A stretch of 64,000 nucleotides of DNA from Calditrichia bacterium (GTDB lineage: Bacteria > Calditrichota > Calditrichia > JAJRVZ01). Position 1 is the first letter of the stretch; every line of letters begins with the position of its first letter. This document shows, in pieces, positions 42,373 through 53,039 of this stretch. Location of the stretch: NCBI GenBank assembly GCA_963777955.1, contig CAVZSQ010000021.1, positions 96,001-160,000 of the forward strand, in the 5' to 3' direction. A program made the position numbers and the translations under genes. The notes under the pieces are model-generated. The model searched no databases and had not been told where the DNA came from. It saw only the letters and a list, made by a program, of their open reading frames with translations.

Positions 42373-43326
42373 TTATTGGGTTACCTCTCTTGGATTGGGA
42401 TAAATCAATGTTGCAGTAATAGTTAACTGATTTTCAGGAAAATTCGCCGGGAGTGCTTTGAAAGGGAATAGCGCCACAATGGCATTCTCGCTGGTTTGCT
42501 GTAAAGATTCATGACCGTGCTGCTCCAGCACTTTGTACCCCAGCAAGCGGCCCTCCCTGGATATGGAGAACTGAATCACCGTATAACCATGAATCAGACC
42601 CAGATAATAATAAGCCACCGGCGGAGACCAGACCTGATACAACTTGCGCTTTAAGGCATAGATATAAGGAGCCCATTCCCAGGCATAGGTGCTTAAGGAA
42701 ATACTACCCATTTCATCCGTCGAGAATTTTTTCTGGGCCCAGTTCTGATCAGGAGAATAACTGTCATTCGCTGCCGCAGAACCGGTCCTATCCTCTTCAT
42801 TTGAGGACTGCTCTGCAGCACTCAGTTCCGCTGCATTCATGGCATCTTTTCCCAGGGCGTCACGTCTGAATTTTTTTACGGATTGTTTCGAAGCCGCCAG
42901 CGGGATTTCGGGATTGGACAGATTTTCGAACGGTAAAGCTCCTGTACTGAATGGCTGGTTACCAAATTCATCCAGTAACTCCGGGTTACGCGCCCGGGAA
43001 TTACGATCGGCCAGTAAATCGGAATAATCCGGTTCCAGGTTATTTTCATTAATGTTCTCGACAATTTTCATCGGCTTATTTTCAGGGAAAAGAATAGTAA
43101 CCGGTTCAGCCGGTTTGGCCAGTTCCCGCTTTAAATCGATTTTAAAGAAATCCGATTTTAACAGAAAAAATAACAATACATGAATGGCAATTGAGGCCAC
43201 AATAGCCAGTCTGAAGATCAGCCGGTTACGGTCGCCACTATACTGTTTTATACTCTGTATGGAAACTGCCGGATTATTCATTTTAACTGGTTCAAAATCT
43301 GGAACACCTAAGTATTTAGACGCCAA
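42373..43326 (-). CDS. TonB/TolA-like energy transducer (TonB C-terminal domain)
   Basis: TM anchor ASIAIH (SxxxH), low-complexity linker, C-domain VIQFSISREGRL..GHESL..PFKALP. Start may be 43281. Confidence 0.8.
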   Translation of the reverse strand: MASKYLGVPDFEPVKMNNPAVSIQSIKQYSGDRNRLIFRLAIVASIAIHVLLFFLLKSDFFKIDLKRELAKPAEPVTILFPENKPMKIVENINENNLEPDYSDLLADRNSRARNPELLDEFGNQPFSTGALPFENLSNPEIPLAASKQSVKKFRRDALGKDAMNAAELSAAEQSSNEEDRTGSAAANDSYSPDQNWAQKKFSTDEMGSISLSTYAWEWAPYIYALKRKLYQVWSPPVAYYYLGLIHGYTVIQFSISREGRLLGYKVLEQHGHESLQQTSENAIVALFPFKALPANFPENQLTITATLIYPNPREVTQ

Positions 43327-43344
43327 TTGCTCTATTTTTTTGCT

Positions 43345-45979
43345 CTATAAAAGGTAATTCTTACTTAAGTAATATGCCCGGCCGGCCGGATGTTTGGTCA
43401 TTTTGATATCCCGCAAGACAGCTTCTTTGACATTAATCTGGAAAGAATAATAATCATTGCTGGGTTGCCAGTTGAAGGACATCTCCCAGCAATGCAGATC
43501 ACGATATATGGAAAAACTCTGATAGACGATGGTGGGTTCCATTAAATCAAAACGCCCGCTCCAGTTAATGCGCCAATTTTTAGTCAGGGTAACACTGGCA
43601 CTGGTACCCAGATCCAGCCGGCTCTCGTCACTTTTTTGCGCAACCCAGGGATTATAATTATAACTGAAATTGAAACTCACCCGCCAGGGAATTTTAAGGG
43701 CCTTGGCCGCTTTTTCATCGCTGATTTTTTCTGTCTGAATATAGGAATAATCTTCTAAACCTTCCGGCTCGGCCATATCATCATCTGCCGCAGTTTCTTC
43801 CTTACCCTTGCTTTTCGGCTCAAACATTTTATTATCCAGCGCAAAAGAGGTACTGGCGCGTAAGTTTAGCAAGCGAGGGATTTTACCTTTAGCCGGCAGG
43901 AGTACATTGACGGTTCTACCTCCCGGAACGGCTGCATAAAAACTGTGAGTGGTCGAAACATCGAGACTGATACCCTGCACCGGAGTTGCTCTGAAACTGG
44001 TATTTAAATTACCCCACTTCAGACTATCAGCTTTAAAATTATAACCGGTATTGAAATTTAAAGTAAACAGATCGATTTTTTTCTCTTCATCACCATTGAC
44101 CAATTTCGCCTGAAAGAGATTGCCGACACTGATGCGCATGGATTGGGATTCATTGGCCCGTGGTGTTCCTGCGAATGGATTCTTTTTAAATTTATCTATC
44201 TCGCTGACCTTCCCGTCGTCGCCGGTGACATAATTGAAATAGTCCCAGTCAGGGGTCGTAAAATCAGGGGTATAGGTATAGGATATTTGCGGATCAATTT
44301 TATGACGCAAAAATTTGAAACTACCGATATTAGGTTCCAGCAGGCCGTATAAAGTAGTTTTTAAAGTGAAACTGGTATTAAATGTTCTTCTGCTGGCGAA
44401 TTGTTTTACCTGTGATTCTATAATCGAACTGGTACTGGTGTCATATCTGGCCCGGGTTATTTCGTCTACCCATAATTCCTGGTAGTTTATGGCCGGGGTC
44501 AGATTAAAATATTTTAGTATTTTTTGAGGAGCATTAAATGATACATTGTGTTGTATACCCCGCTTTTCTTCCCGACGAAAACCTGTGTCCGCTTCCGTCT
44601 CCACCCAGGTCTTATCACCGCGGTTTACTAAATTGACGTCATAATTAAAATTGATATTTTGATACCAGTAACGGCTTGCACCGGCCGAATTGCCGCCGAA
44701 CAATTCATACAAAGAAGTCTGAGTCCGGGAAAACCGGGCATTGGGGAATGTATAAGATATATTTCCGTTTTTTAAATTTTCCGTCCGGCCGAGATTTACC
44801 GACAATGAATTCTTTGTACCGCGAAATTTCTTACTGATGGTCAGATTTGAAGTAATCAGTTGATTGGTACGCCGGTTGATATCACTGGACAATTCTCTTT
44901 CCAGGGAGCGGTCGCTTTGAAACTGACCTCTGGCTGTGATGCTTAAAGTGGGATCAATGTGTTTGTGAATGCGAAAGTGTAAAGGCCCATCTTTCGCGTC
45001 TTGATCCCGTATTGGGATCCCGGGGCAGATAATATCCCCCGACGTTTCCACTAAAAGAATAGAGCAATTTATAACTCAGATCGGCTTTATAGGAAAAACC
45101 AAGTTTATCATAAAAGTCGGTTAAAAAAGTCGCATCCATATAATCACTGGGCGCCCAGTAGTAGCCCATGTTCTTTAAGAATCTCCCGCCATAACTGCTC
45201 TCGCCATAATTCGGTACAATTATTCCGGAGTGGCGGCCCCGTCTATTGGGAAAAACGCCGAACGGAATCGCCAGCAGAGGGACATCGGCGATATACAGAT
45301 AAACGGGTTGTGCTACCAGCCTGTCTTTGACCATGGCCCGCATTTTATGACTTCTGAAATAAAAATGCGGATCATCGATATATTCACAGGAGGTGAAATA
45401 CCCGTCCTCGACCAGCAGAGTTTTATCACTTATTTTATTGATCTTCTGACCTTTATAATATCCGGGCGGCATCTGGGTTTTACCGTAATTAACCTTGCCG
45501 CGCTTGGTATTAAAATCATAATATAAAGTATTCCCATAAATGGGCTCTTCCCCTTGCTCCGTGAAAACCGGTGTACCCTTATAAACCGGATTACCCAGTG
45601 AATCGACGGTATCCACAATCCCTTCAGCAAACAGGTAATGATTTTGCTGGTCGATCATGATGCTGGCCGCCTGCAGGGTCATTTCCTGATAGACAATCCT
45701 GGCATTACCCTTCAGGTAGATTTTATTGTTACCCCAACTGATTCCACCCTGTTCGGCCCAGTAATAAATAGGGTCAGCCAGATCCAATCCCTGGTTTGAA
45801 TCGGGTTTTACCGCTGCTGTTGCCGAAACGGACGGGATGGCCACCAGGTTTGTATCGATTGTGTTATAAAGTGCAGCTGAATCCGCCGGCAGCGACTGGG
45901 CCAGGGCCAGATCGTGGCGAGTAATAACAAAGCACAAGATGTTCAGCAACAAAACAGTTTTACCGGTCACGATTTTCAT
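43345..45979 (-). CDS. lptD: Putative LPS assembly protein LptD (FCB type); +1 frameshift near 44960
   Basis: Signal peptide, LKGNARIVY, FTSCEY..PHFYF, PFGVFP..SGIIVPNYG, GYYWAPSDY, YRDLHCWEM. Confidence 0.88.
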
Positions 45980-46019
45980 ATACGTACAAGTTTTTACATT
46001 TCTTGCTGCCTGCACCCGG

Positions 46020-48140
46020 TCAATCTGTTTTATCTACTAATAGAAAATCCACCTTGCCTTCTTCCAGTTTGACCTCTTTGACTTTAATGCGCACAGAGTC
46101 ACCCAGGCGTAATCTCTGACTGGAATTTTTACCGACCAGGGCATAACTCTTTTCATCGTAAATATAATATGTATCCATGTCTTTTACATGGATAAGCCCC
46201 TCCACCAGTGTGTCATACAGTTCCACAAAGATACCGAAGGGCATTACACCGGAAATGATCCCGTTAAACTCTTCGCCGATAAACTGGCTGATATACTCAT
46301 TCTTTTTCAGGCGCATCGACTCCCGTTCGGCTTCCATAGCGCTTCGTTCCATCGTTGTCGAATGCTGACCTATTTCTTCCAGTGATTTGTTTAAATTTGC
46401 CAGATCCAGTCCGCTGGTGGATTGAGTATACCTTTTCAGCAGGCGGTGGACCATTAAATCCGGGTAACGCCGGATAGGTGAGGTAAAATGCGTATAATGC
46501 CTGAAACCTAATCCGAAATGTCCGACATTTTTCGTAGAATAAATAGCTTTCATCATGGACCGCAGCGCTACCTCCTCGATGACAATAGCTTCTTTGCTGT
46601 CCTTGATACTGTCCAATAATTGTCCAAAATATTTTGAACTGATATTCTTGTGCGGTTTAATTTTGAAACCCAGGGTATTCAGAAAGGCAAAAAACTTTTC
46701 CATCTTTTCCTCATCCGGCTGCTCGTGCACCCGGTACAGGAAAGGTAAAGTAAAATCACGGGTGCTGATTTTTTTGATATGCTCGGCAACCGTCTTGTTG
46801 GCCAGCAGCATGAATTCTTCAATCAGCCGGTGACTGTCCAGGCGTTGTTTACGTTTGATTGCCGTGGGAAAACCCTTGCTATCCAGGGAAAAAGTAACTT
46901 CAGGTGTCTCAAAATCAATTCCGCCATCAGCATACCTTTTCTGATTCAGCAGTTTGCTTAATTCCATCATGGCCCTCAACTGCAGGGTATGAGGATCGGA
47001 GTCCCGGGCATCGATCAGAGCTTGTACTTCCTCATAACTGAACCGCCGCTTGCTGTTGATCACCGAGGGTTGGATCTGATACTGCAGTACATTCCCCTGC
47101 TGATCCACTTCCATTATACAACTGTAGGTCAGCCGGTCTTGCCGGGGCTGCAGGCTGCATAGTTGATTGGACAGTACTTCAGGTAGCATGGGGATGACCC
47201 GGTCAACCAGATAGACGCTGGTACCACGGCCATAGGCCTCCCGATCGAGGGCCGAATGTTCCTGAACATAATGACTGACATCGGCGATATGCACACCCAG
47301 CACATAATTACCCTGTTCGTTTTTCTCCAGCGACACTGCATCATCAAAATCTTTGGCATCTTCAGGGTCAATGGTAACACAGAATTTATCGCGTAAATCC
47401 AGCCGCTTTTTGATCTCCGCATCCGTGCTGCCGGATGGTATGGCCGCTGCCTGGCTCTCGATATCCCCCGGAAAACGCACCGCCAGTTGGAAAGCATATG
47501 CAACCGAGGCAACATCCACGCCGGGCTCGCCCGGCTTCCCGATAATTTCTATGATCGTGCCTTCCGGATTTAAATGATCATTTTCCCATTTCTCCAGCCG
47601 GACCACAACTTTTTGACCCTGGCTGGCGTTATTTTGCTTCTCCTGCGGAATATAAAAATCCCGGTATATTTTGGGATTATCCGGCACTACATAGCCATAA
47701 TATTTGGTCTGATGAAAAGTACCTACATATTGCTGGCGGTTTCGTTTGAGCAACTTCGAGACAAAACCCTCTTCATTTTTCCCGCGGTTGGTGGCATATA
47801 ATTTTACTTCGACCTCATCGCCATCAAAGGCTGTGTTAAGATGATCGCGGCCGATATAGACATCTATATCATTTTCCGCATCATGTACAAATCCGAAGCC
47901 GGCCCGGGTTAAACTCAATGTTCCCCGAATCAATCTGGACTTCGCCGGCACTTTATAAATGCGGGTATTTCGCATTTGAATAATCTGCCCGGAATCTGCC
48001 AGATGTTTAACAGTCATTAAAAATTCATGTTGATATTTTTTGGGTACTTTGAGTATCCCTTTCAGTTCTTCTGCGGAAAGTCCGTTTTTATTTCGTTCCA
48101 GTACCGCAATAATTTCTTTGTTAAATTGTTTTTTTGACAT
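46020..48140 (-). CDS. rnr: Ribonuclease R
   Basis: GFGFV CSD, TIDPEDAKDFDDA, HIADVSHYV, RGTSVYL, HFTSPIRRYPD, C-terminal S1. Confidence 0.96.
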   Translation of the reverse strand: MSKKQFNKEIIAVLERNKNGLSAEELKGILKVPKKYQHEFLMTVKHLADSGQIIQMRNTRIYKVPAKSRLIRGTLSLTRAGFGFVHDAENDIDVYIGRDHLNTAFDGDEVEVKLYATNRGKNEEGFVSKLLKRNRQQYVGTFHQTKYYGYVVPDNPKIYRDFYIPQEKQNNASQGQKVVVRLEKWENDHLNPEGTIIEIIGKPGEPGVDVASVAYAFQLAVRFPGDIESQAAAIPSGSTDAEIKKRLDLRDKFCVTIDPEDAKDFDDAVSLEKNEQGNYVLGVHIADVSHYVQEHSALDREAYGRGTSVYLVDRVIPMLPEVLSNQLCSLQPRQDRLTYSCIMEVDQQGNVLQYQIQPSVINSKRRFSYEEVQALIDARDSDPHTLQLRAMMELSKLLNQKRYADGGIDFETPEVTFSLDSKGFPTAIKRKQRLDSHRLIEEFMLLANKTVAEHIKKISTRDFTLPFLYRVHEQPDEEKMEKFFAFLNTLGFKIKPHKNISSKYFGQLLDSIKDSKEAIVIEEVALRSMMKAIYSTKNVGHFGLGFRHYTHFTSPIRRYPDLMVHRLLKRYTQSTSGLDLANLNKSLEEIGQHSTTMERSAMEAERESMRLKKNEYISQFIGEEFNGIISGVMPFGIFVELYDTLVEGLIHVKDMDTYYIYDEKSYALVGKNSSQRLRLGDSVRIKVKEVKLEEGKVDFLLVDKTD

Positions 48141-48142
48141 AG

Positions 48143-49018
48143 TTATTTTACAGTTATCTCCAGTATGCGGATAATATCATTATTATCCTTGTAAGTGTTA
48201 ATGTATTCATAATTAAATTGTTTCGCTAAATTTATGATTTTATCCTGATTTAATCCGCTCAATTCCAACATTATATATTTTACCGGAAGCCCGCTTCTGA
48301 CCAATTCGAATATCTGCCGGTAAAAGCGCAGCCCGCTCCCATAATCAGTCAGGGCATTTTCCGGTTCATAATGGCGGATTTCTTCGTCTAAACCAGGCAA
48401 CTCTTCTACACTAATATACGGCGGATTGGATACCAGGATATCAATATTTTTTGCGGCCGGTGGTTCAGGCTGAAATATATCATGTTTAATAAAACTGATT
48501 TGTCCGGCTACTCCATTGAATTCTGCATTTTTTTGAGCCAGTTGCAAAACTGCGTCAGAAATATCGGTAGCGTAAATATGGCAGCCTGGCCATAATTTTG
48601 CCAGGGCCACGGCAATACAGCCGCTGCCTGTGCCTAAATCGCAGATAGTAATCTCCTGCTGCTCAAATTTATTTCTTAAATCCAGGGTTCGTTCCACCAG
48701 TATTTCCGTTTCAGGCCGGGGTATCAAAACCGCCGGATTAACCTGGAATACCAGACCCATAAATTCTGTCCGCCCGGTTATATATTGCAACGGTTCCCTT
48801 TTAGCCCGTCGCTCCACCAGCAGGCGAAAACGGGAAACTTCGTCTTCATTTAAAATACGGTCGAACTGCAGATATAGTTGTATACGTTCCAACTGCAGCA
48901 AATGGGACAGCAGTCTTTCGGCATTTAATCTGGGTTCTGAGATATTTTTACGGGTAAAGTAATCAGTGGTTGTGTTTAAAAGATCGATTATTTTCCACTG
49001 CTTTTTTACTTCTGTCAT
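48143..49018 (-). CDS. prmC: Release factor glutamine methyltransferase
   Basis: EPLQYITG, VLIPRPETE, DLGTGSGC, SNPPY. Confidence 0.96.
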   Translation of the reverse strand: MTEVKKQWKIIDLLNTTTDYFTRKNISEPRLNAERLLSHLLQLERIQLYLQFDRILNEDEVSRFRLLVERRAKREPLQYITGRTEFMGLVFQVNPAVLIPRPETEILVERTLDLRNKFEQQEITICDLGTGSGCIAVALAKLWPGCHIYATDISDAVLQLAQKNAEFNGVAGQISFIKHDIFQPEPPAAKNIDILVSNPPYISVEELPGLDEEIRHYEPENALTDYGSGLRFYRQIFELVRSGLPVKYIMLELSGLNQDKIINLAKQFNYEYINTYKDNNDIIRILEITVK

Positions 49019-49046
49019 TCAGCGGTTTTGATACCTACGTTCACAA

Positions 49047-50135
49047 CTAGCGGGTATTGATTATATTTGATTCTTCCAATTTCTCGCTGCGGTCGACCAG
49101 ATGGAGTTGCTCTATCAATTCGTTGATATCACCTTCGATGATCCGGTCCAGTTTATACAGGGTCAGGTTGATGCGGTGATCCGTTACCCGGTTTTGCGGA
49201 AAATTATATGTGCGGATCTTGGCACTGCGGTCGCCGCCAGCCACCATACTTTTACGCTGTATACTGATCGATTCATTCTGTTCACGGATTGCTTTATCCA
49301 GCAACCTGGCCTTCAGTACTTTCAGTGCTTTGGTTTTATTCTTTAACTGCGATTTTTCATCCTGGCAGGATACGACCATACCGGTGGGTAGATGCGTCAC
49401 GCGGACTGCCGAATCGGTCGTATTCACGCTCTGACCTCCCGGACCTGAAGAGCGGAATACATCAATACGCAAATCATTGGGATTAATTTCCACCTCGATG
49501 TCTTCTGCTTCCGGTAATACTACCACCGATGCGGCTGAGGTATGGATGCGTCCCTGGGTTTCCGTTTCCGGCACCCTTTGTACCCTGTGCACACCGCTTT
49601 CAAATTTGAAAGTACCGAAGGCATTCTCACCAATCACATTAAAAATCACCTCTTTAAATCCGCCCCGCTCGGAGGGATTGGAACTCATTATTTCAACCTT
49701 AAAATTGTGTATGTCGCAATACTTGGTGTACATACGCAAGAGATCACCGACAAAAATACCTGCTTCATCACCGCCGGTTCCGGCCCTGATTTCCACCACT
49801 GCATTCTTCTTGTCGGTGGGATCCCGGGGAATAAGTAAATATTTTAATTCTTCTTCCAGTATTTCCTGACGCCCTTTCAATTCGGCAATCTCTTCCTTGG
49901 CCATGGTAACCAGATCCTCATCATCACCTGCATCGATAATCCGCTGATCATCCTCAATCTGGGTAAACAGCGCGGTAATTTTTGAATAATGATCAAGAAT
50001 ATGCTGAATTTCACGTTGTTCGCGGGCTAACTCCTTGATCTTTTTAGAATTAGAGAGAACTTCGTTTGAGGATAACTGTTCGCTCAGCAGTGCATCCCTG
50101 GCCCGCAGTTTTTCTATTTTTCCTGCCAAAATCAT
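49047..50135 (-). CDS. prfA: Peptide chain release factor 1
   Basis: EIRAGTGGDEA, RVPETETQGR (PxT), SGPGGQSVN. Confidence 0.97.
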   Translation of the reverse strand: MILAGKIEKLRARDALLSEQLSSNEVLSNSKKIKELAREQREIQHILDHYSKITALFTQIEDDQRIIDAGDDEDLVTMAKEEIAELKGRQEILEEELKYLLIPRDPTDKKNAVVEIRAGTGGDEAGIFVGDLLRMYTKYCDIHNFKVEIMSSNPSERGGFKEVIFNVIGENAFGTFKFESGVHRVQRVPETETQGRIHTSAASVVVLPEAEDIEVEINPNDLRIDVFRSSGPGGQSVNTTDSAVRVTHLPTGMVVSCQDEKSQLKNKTKALKVLKARLLDKAIREQNESISIQRKSMVAGGDRSAKIRTYNFPQNRVTDHRINLTLYKLDRIIEGDINELIEQLHLVDRSEKLEESNIINTR

Positions 50136-50150
50136 GTTTAAATTCCGCCT

Positions 50151-51149
50151 TTACTGCCCTGTAACCGGCCGGGTAGTTGCCGCTGTAAATTCAGGTACCA
50201 GTTCATTTTTATATTCTTCCCCCAGTGCTGATTTCAGCGCCTGGATAGCCACTTCCAGCTGGCTGTCATCGGGAGTACTGGTGGTTATACGCTGCAAAGC
50301 CAATCCAGGCAATATTAATAATTTTACCAACCGTGAGTTACTGTATTTTGCCGATGCTTTCAGTGCTTCATAAGAAATTCCCCCGATCAATGGTATAAAA
50401 GGCAGGTGCGTCAGCAACCGTATCGGGAACGATATCCGGCCGTAAAAGGATATAATCCCATAATCCAGAAAGGCAAAAAACAGCACCGAGATTAGCATCA
50501 CGATCATCAGGAAACTGGTTCCGCAACGGGGATGAAAAGTGGTAAACTGCCGGGTATTGAGCGGTGTAAGATACAATTTATGTTCAAAGGCAAAAATAGT
50601 TTTGTGTTCCGCACCATGGTACTCAAACAAACGTCTCACATCTTTTAAGAAGGAGATTCCCCAGACATAGAGTAAAAATATACTTATGCGGATCGCGCCG
50701 GCAGTGAGATTAAAAAGAAAGGCCTGATTTTCAATATTGAATATGCGGGTTGTTAAATATAAAGGCGATACAAAAAATATGACAATCCCGATCAGCAGGG
50801 CCACCGATACCGTAAATACGGCGGTCATGGTGGACATGCCCTGTTTTTTATTTTTATCCTTCACTTTTTGCTCTTGCTGTTCCAGATCTTCCATCGCTTT
50901 ATCCGCTGACCATTGCAGGGTTTTAATCCCCAGAATCATAACTTCGATCAGTGTGACGGCCCCGCGGATAACAGGTATATTAAGGTATTTTTTCCGGTTG
51001 ACCAGGGAAATATAATCATCGGTCCTGACTTCAATTTCTCCGTTCAGCCGCCGGATAGCCGTGGCGAGTCGTTTGGGCGAACGCATCATCACCCCTTCAA
51101 TGACCGCCTGACCGCCGACCGGCATTATTTTTTCTTCTGTTTCTTTCAT
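50151..51149 (-). CDS. DUF1385 domain membrane protein
   Basis: GGQAVIEGVMMR, FEYHGAEHK, HPRCGTSF; typical position between rpmE and prfA/prmC. Confidence 0.92.
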   Translation of the reverse strand: MKETEEKIMPVGGQAVIEGVMMRSPKRLATAIRRLNGEIEVRTDDYISLVNRKKYLNIPVIRGAVTLIEVMILGIKTLQWSADKAMEDLEQQEQKVKDKNKKQGMSTMTAVFTVSVALLIGIVIFFVSPLYLTTRIFNIENQAFLFNLTAGAIRISIFLLYVWGISFLKDVRRLFEYHGAEHKTIFAFEHKLYLTPLNTRQFTTFHPRCGTSFLMIVMLISVLFFAFLDYGIISFYGRISFPIRLLTHLPFIPLIGGISYEALKASAKYSNSRLVKLLILPGLALQRITTSTPDDSQLEVAIQALKSALGEEYKNELVPEFTAATTRPVTGQ

Positions 51150-51198
51150 TACGTCGCCAGGTTTTCTTTCCAATTCTTTGTTAAGCAGTTTCTCCGGC

Positions 51199-51239
51199 AA
51201 AAAAAAACGGAATATGTACCTCTTTGATACACATCCCGC
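51199..51239 (-). terminator. Intrinsic terminator downstream of rpmE
   Basis: mRNA GCGGGAUGUGUAUC-AAAGA-GGUACAUAUUCCGU (14-bp stem including G-U pairs) followed by a U-run. Confidence 0.8.
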
Positions 51240-51270
51240 TGTTGTAATTTAATGCCATCAGCAGCGATGG

Positions 51271-51471
51271 CTATTTCTTACCGTATTTCTTCAGAAATTT
51301 CTCAACCCGGCCTGCCGAATCCACCAGTTTTTGCTTACCGGTAAAGAATGGATGGCATTCCGAGCATATTTCAACCTTCATATCCCCGATAGTCGAATAA
51401 GTCTGAAATGAATTGCCGCAGGCGCAGGTAATCGTGGCCTTTTTATAGTCGGGGTGAATATCCTTCTTCAT
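51271..51471 (-). CDS. rpmE: 50S ribosomal protein L31 (zinc-binding C+ form)
   Basis: [29 protein letters not shown]. Confidence 0.97.
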   Translation of the reverse strand: MKKDIHPDYKKATITCACGNSFQTYSTIGDMKVEICSECHPFFTGKQKLVDSAGRVEKFLKKYGKK

Positions 51472-51515
51472 GTCGTGACTTACTCCTTCTCCTAAAAACA
51501 AATATTAAGCCGTTA

Positions 51516-51544
51516 AATATAGGCTATATTATCATCATTATCAA
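51516..51544 (-). promoter_or_regulatory. Putative sigma70 promoter of rpmE
   Basis: TTGATA-N17-TATATT on the minus strand. Confidence 0.5.
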
Positions 51545-51565
51545 TAAAAATAGCTTATAAAACTG

Positions 51566-52816
51566 CTATCCGCTCATCGAACGCAGAAAATCTTTATTAT
51601 CCTTGGTTTCCCGCATTTTTTCCAGCAGGAATTCCATTCCTTCGATAATGTTCATCTCATTTAGCAGTTTGCGTAATACCCAGACCCTTGACAATTCTTC
51701 TTTGGAGAGCAGCAGTTCTTCCTTGCGGGTGCCGGACTTGTTCATTTCCAGCGACGGGAATATACGGCGGTCGGACAACCGGCGATCCAGTACCAGTTCA
51801 TTATTACCGGTTCCTTTAAATTCTTCAAAAATGACTTCATCCATCCGCGAACCCGTATCGATCAGGGCCGTGGCGATGATGGTTAAACTACCCCCTTCTT
51901 CAATATTCCGGGCCGCTCCGAAAAAGCGCTTGGGTTTATGCAGGGCATTGGAGTCCACACCTCCGGATAGGATTTTCCCGCTATGCGGGACTACCGTATT
52001 ATGGGCCCGGGCTAAGCGGGTGATACTATCGAGCAGGATCACTACATCTTTTTTATATTCCACCAGCCGCTTGGCTTTTTCCAGCACCATTTCCGCTACC
52101 TGAACATGGCGTTCGGCAGGTTCATCAAAGGTCGAACTGATCACTTCGGCATTGACCGAACGTTCCATGTCGGTAACCTCCTCGGGACGTTCATCGATCA
52201 ACAGAACCATCAGTTCAATTTCAGGGTGGTTGGTTGTTATGGCATTGGCTATTTTTTGCATGATGATAGTTTTACCGGTGCGTGGTTGAGCCACGATCAA
52301 TCCCCGCTGGCCCTTGCCGATTGGCGTCAACAAATTCATAATACGCAGCGTGTAATCCTTGCGATCCAGTTCCAGATTAATCCGCTCGGTAGGATAGAGG
52401 GGGGTCAAAGTGTCGAACAGCATCCGTTCCCGTGCCTTATCCGGCGATTCAAAATTTACCGCTTCGACCCGCAACAAGGCAAAAAACCTCTCATTATCTT
52501 TGGGGGGACGGATTTGTCCGGTAACCGTGTCTCCGGTACGCAGATTAAATCTTTTGATTTGTGAGGGCGACACGTAGATGTCATCCGGTCCAGGCAGATA
52601 ATTATAATTGGGCGAACGTAAAAATCCATACCCATCAGGCAGTATTTCCAATACCCCCTTGGAAAAAAGCAGCCCTTCCTGGGCTGTCTGTTCTTCCAGA
52701 ATCCGGAATATTAACTCGGCCTTTTTTAAGCCGCTGACTCCGCTAATATTCATATCCGAGGCTATCTTGGTCAGTTCGGCAATCTTCTTTTGTTTAAGTT
52801 CTTCAATATCAAGCAT
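51566..52816 (-). CDS. rho: Transcription termination factor Rho
   Basis: [50 protein letters not shown]. Confidence 0.98.
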   Translation of the reverse strand: MLDIEELKQKKIAELTKIASDMNISGVSGLKKAELIFRILEEQTAQEGLLFSKGVLEILPDGYGFLRSPNYNYLPGPDDIYVSPSQIKRFNLRTGDTVTGQIRPPKDNERFFALLRVEAVNFESPDKARERMLFDTLTPLYPTERINLELDRKDYTLRIMNLLTPIGKGQRGLIVAQPRTGKTIIMQKIANAITTNHPEIELMVLLIDERPEEVTDMERSVNAEVISSTFDEPAERHVQVAEMVLEKAKRLVEYKKDVVILLDSITRLARAHNTVVPHSGKILSGGVDSNALHKPKRFFGAARNIEEGGSLTIIATALIDTGSRMDEVIFEEFKGTGNNELVLDRRLSDRRIFPSLEMNKSGTRKEELLLSKEELSRVWVLRKLLNEMNIIEGMEFLLEKMRETKDNKDFLRSMSG

Positions 52817-53010
52817 GAGTACTTACACCTTTCAATTTTAAATATAATTCTTTTATTCAATGCTTAATTCACAAGCTCGCATCTTATCTAATCTATGTTC
52901 TGTATAAATATTTATTTTACTATGATTTTTATGCAGAAAGAAATTCTTCCTTATCCCCTAACATTAATTCGTAGGCGAGAATGCTAAATGGAGCTATTCG
53001 CAGTCTTAAA

Positions 53011-53039
53011 AATATACCTTATCATAAATTATAAGTCAA
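53011..53039 (-). promoter_or_regulatory. Putative sigma70 promoter of rho (overlaps the folC 3' end)
   Basis: TTGACT-N17-TATATT on the minus strand; implies a leader of about 190 nt. Confidence 0.55.

Noticed and set aside
49047..50135. RF2 with programmed frameshift
   Set aside because: The PxT (PET) motif identifies RF1 and the ORF is continuous.
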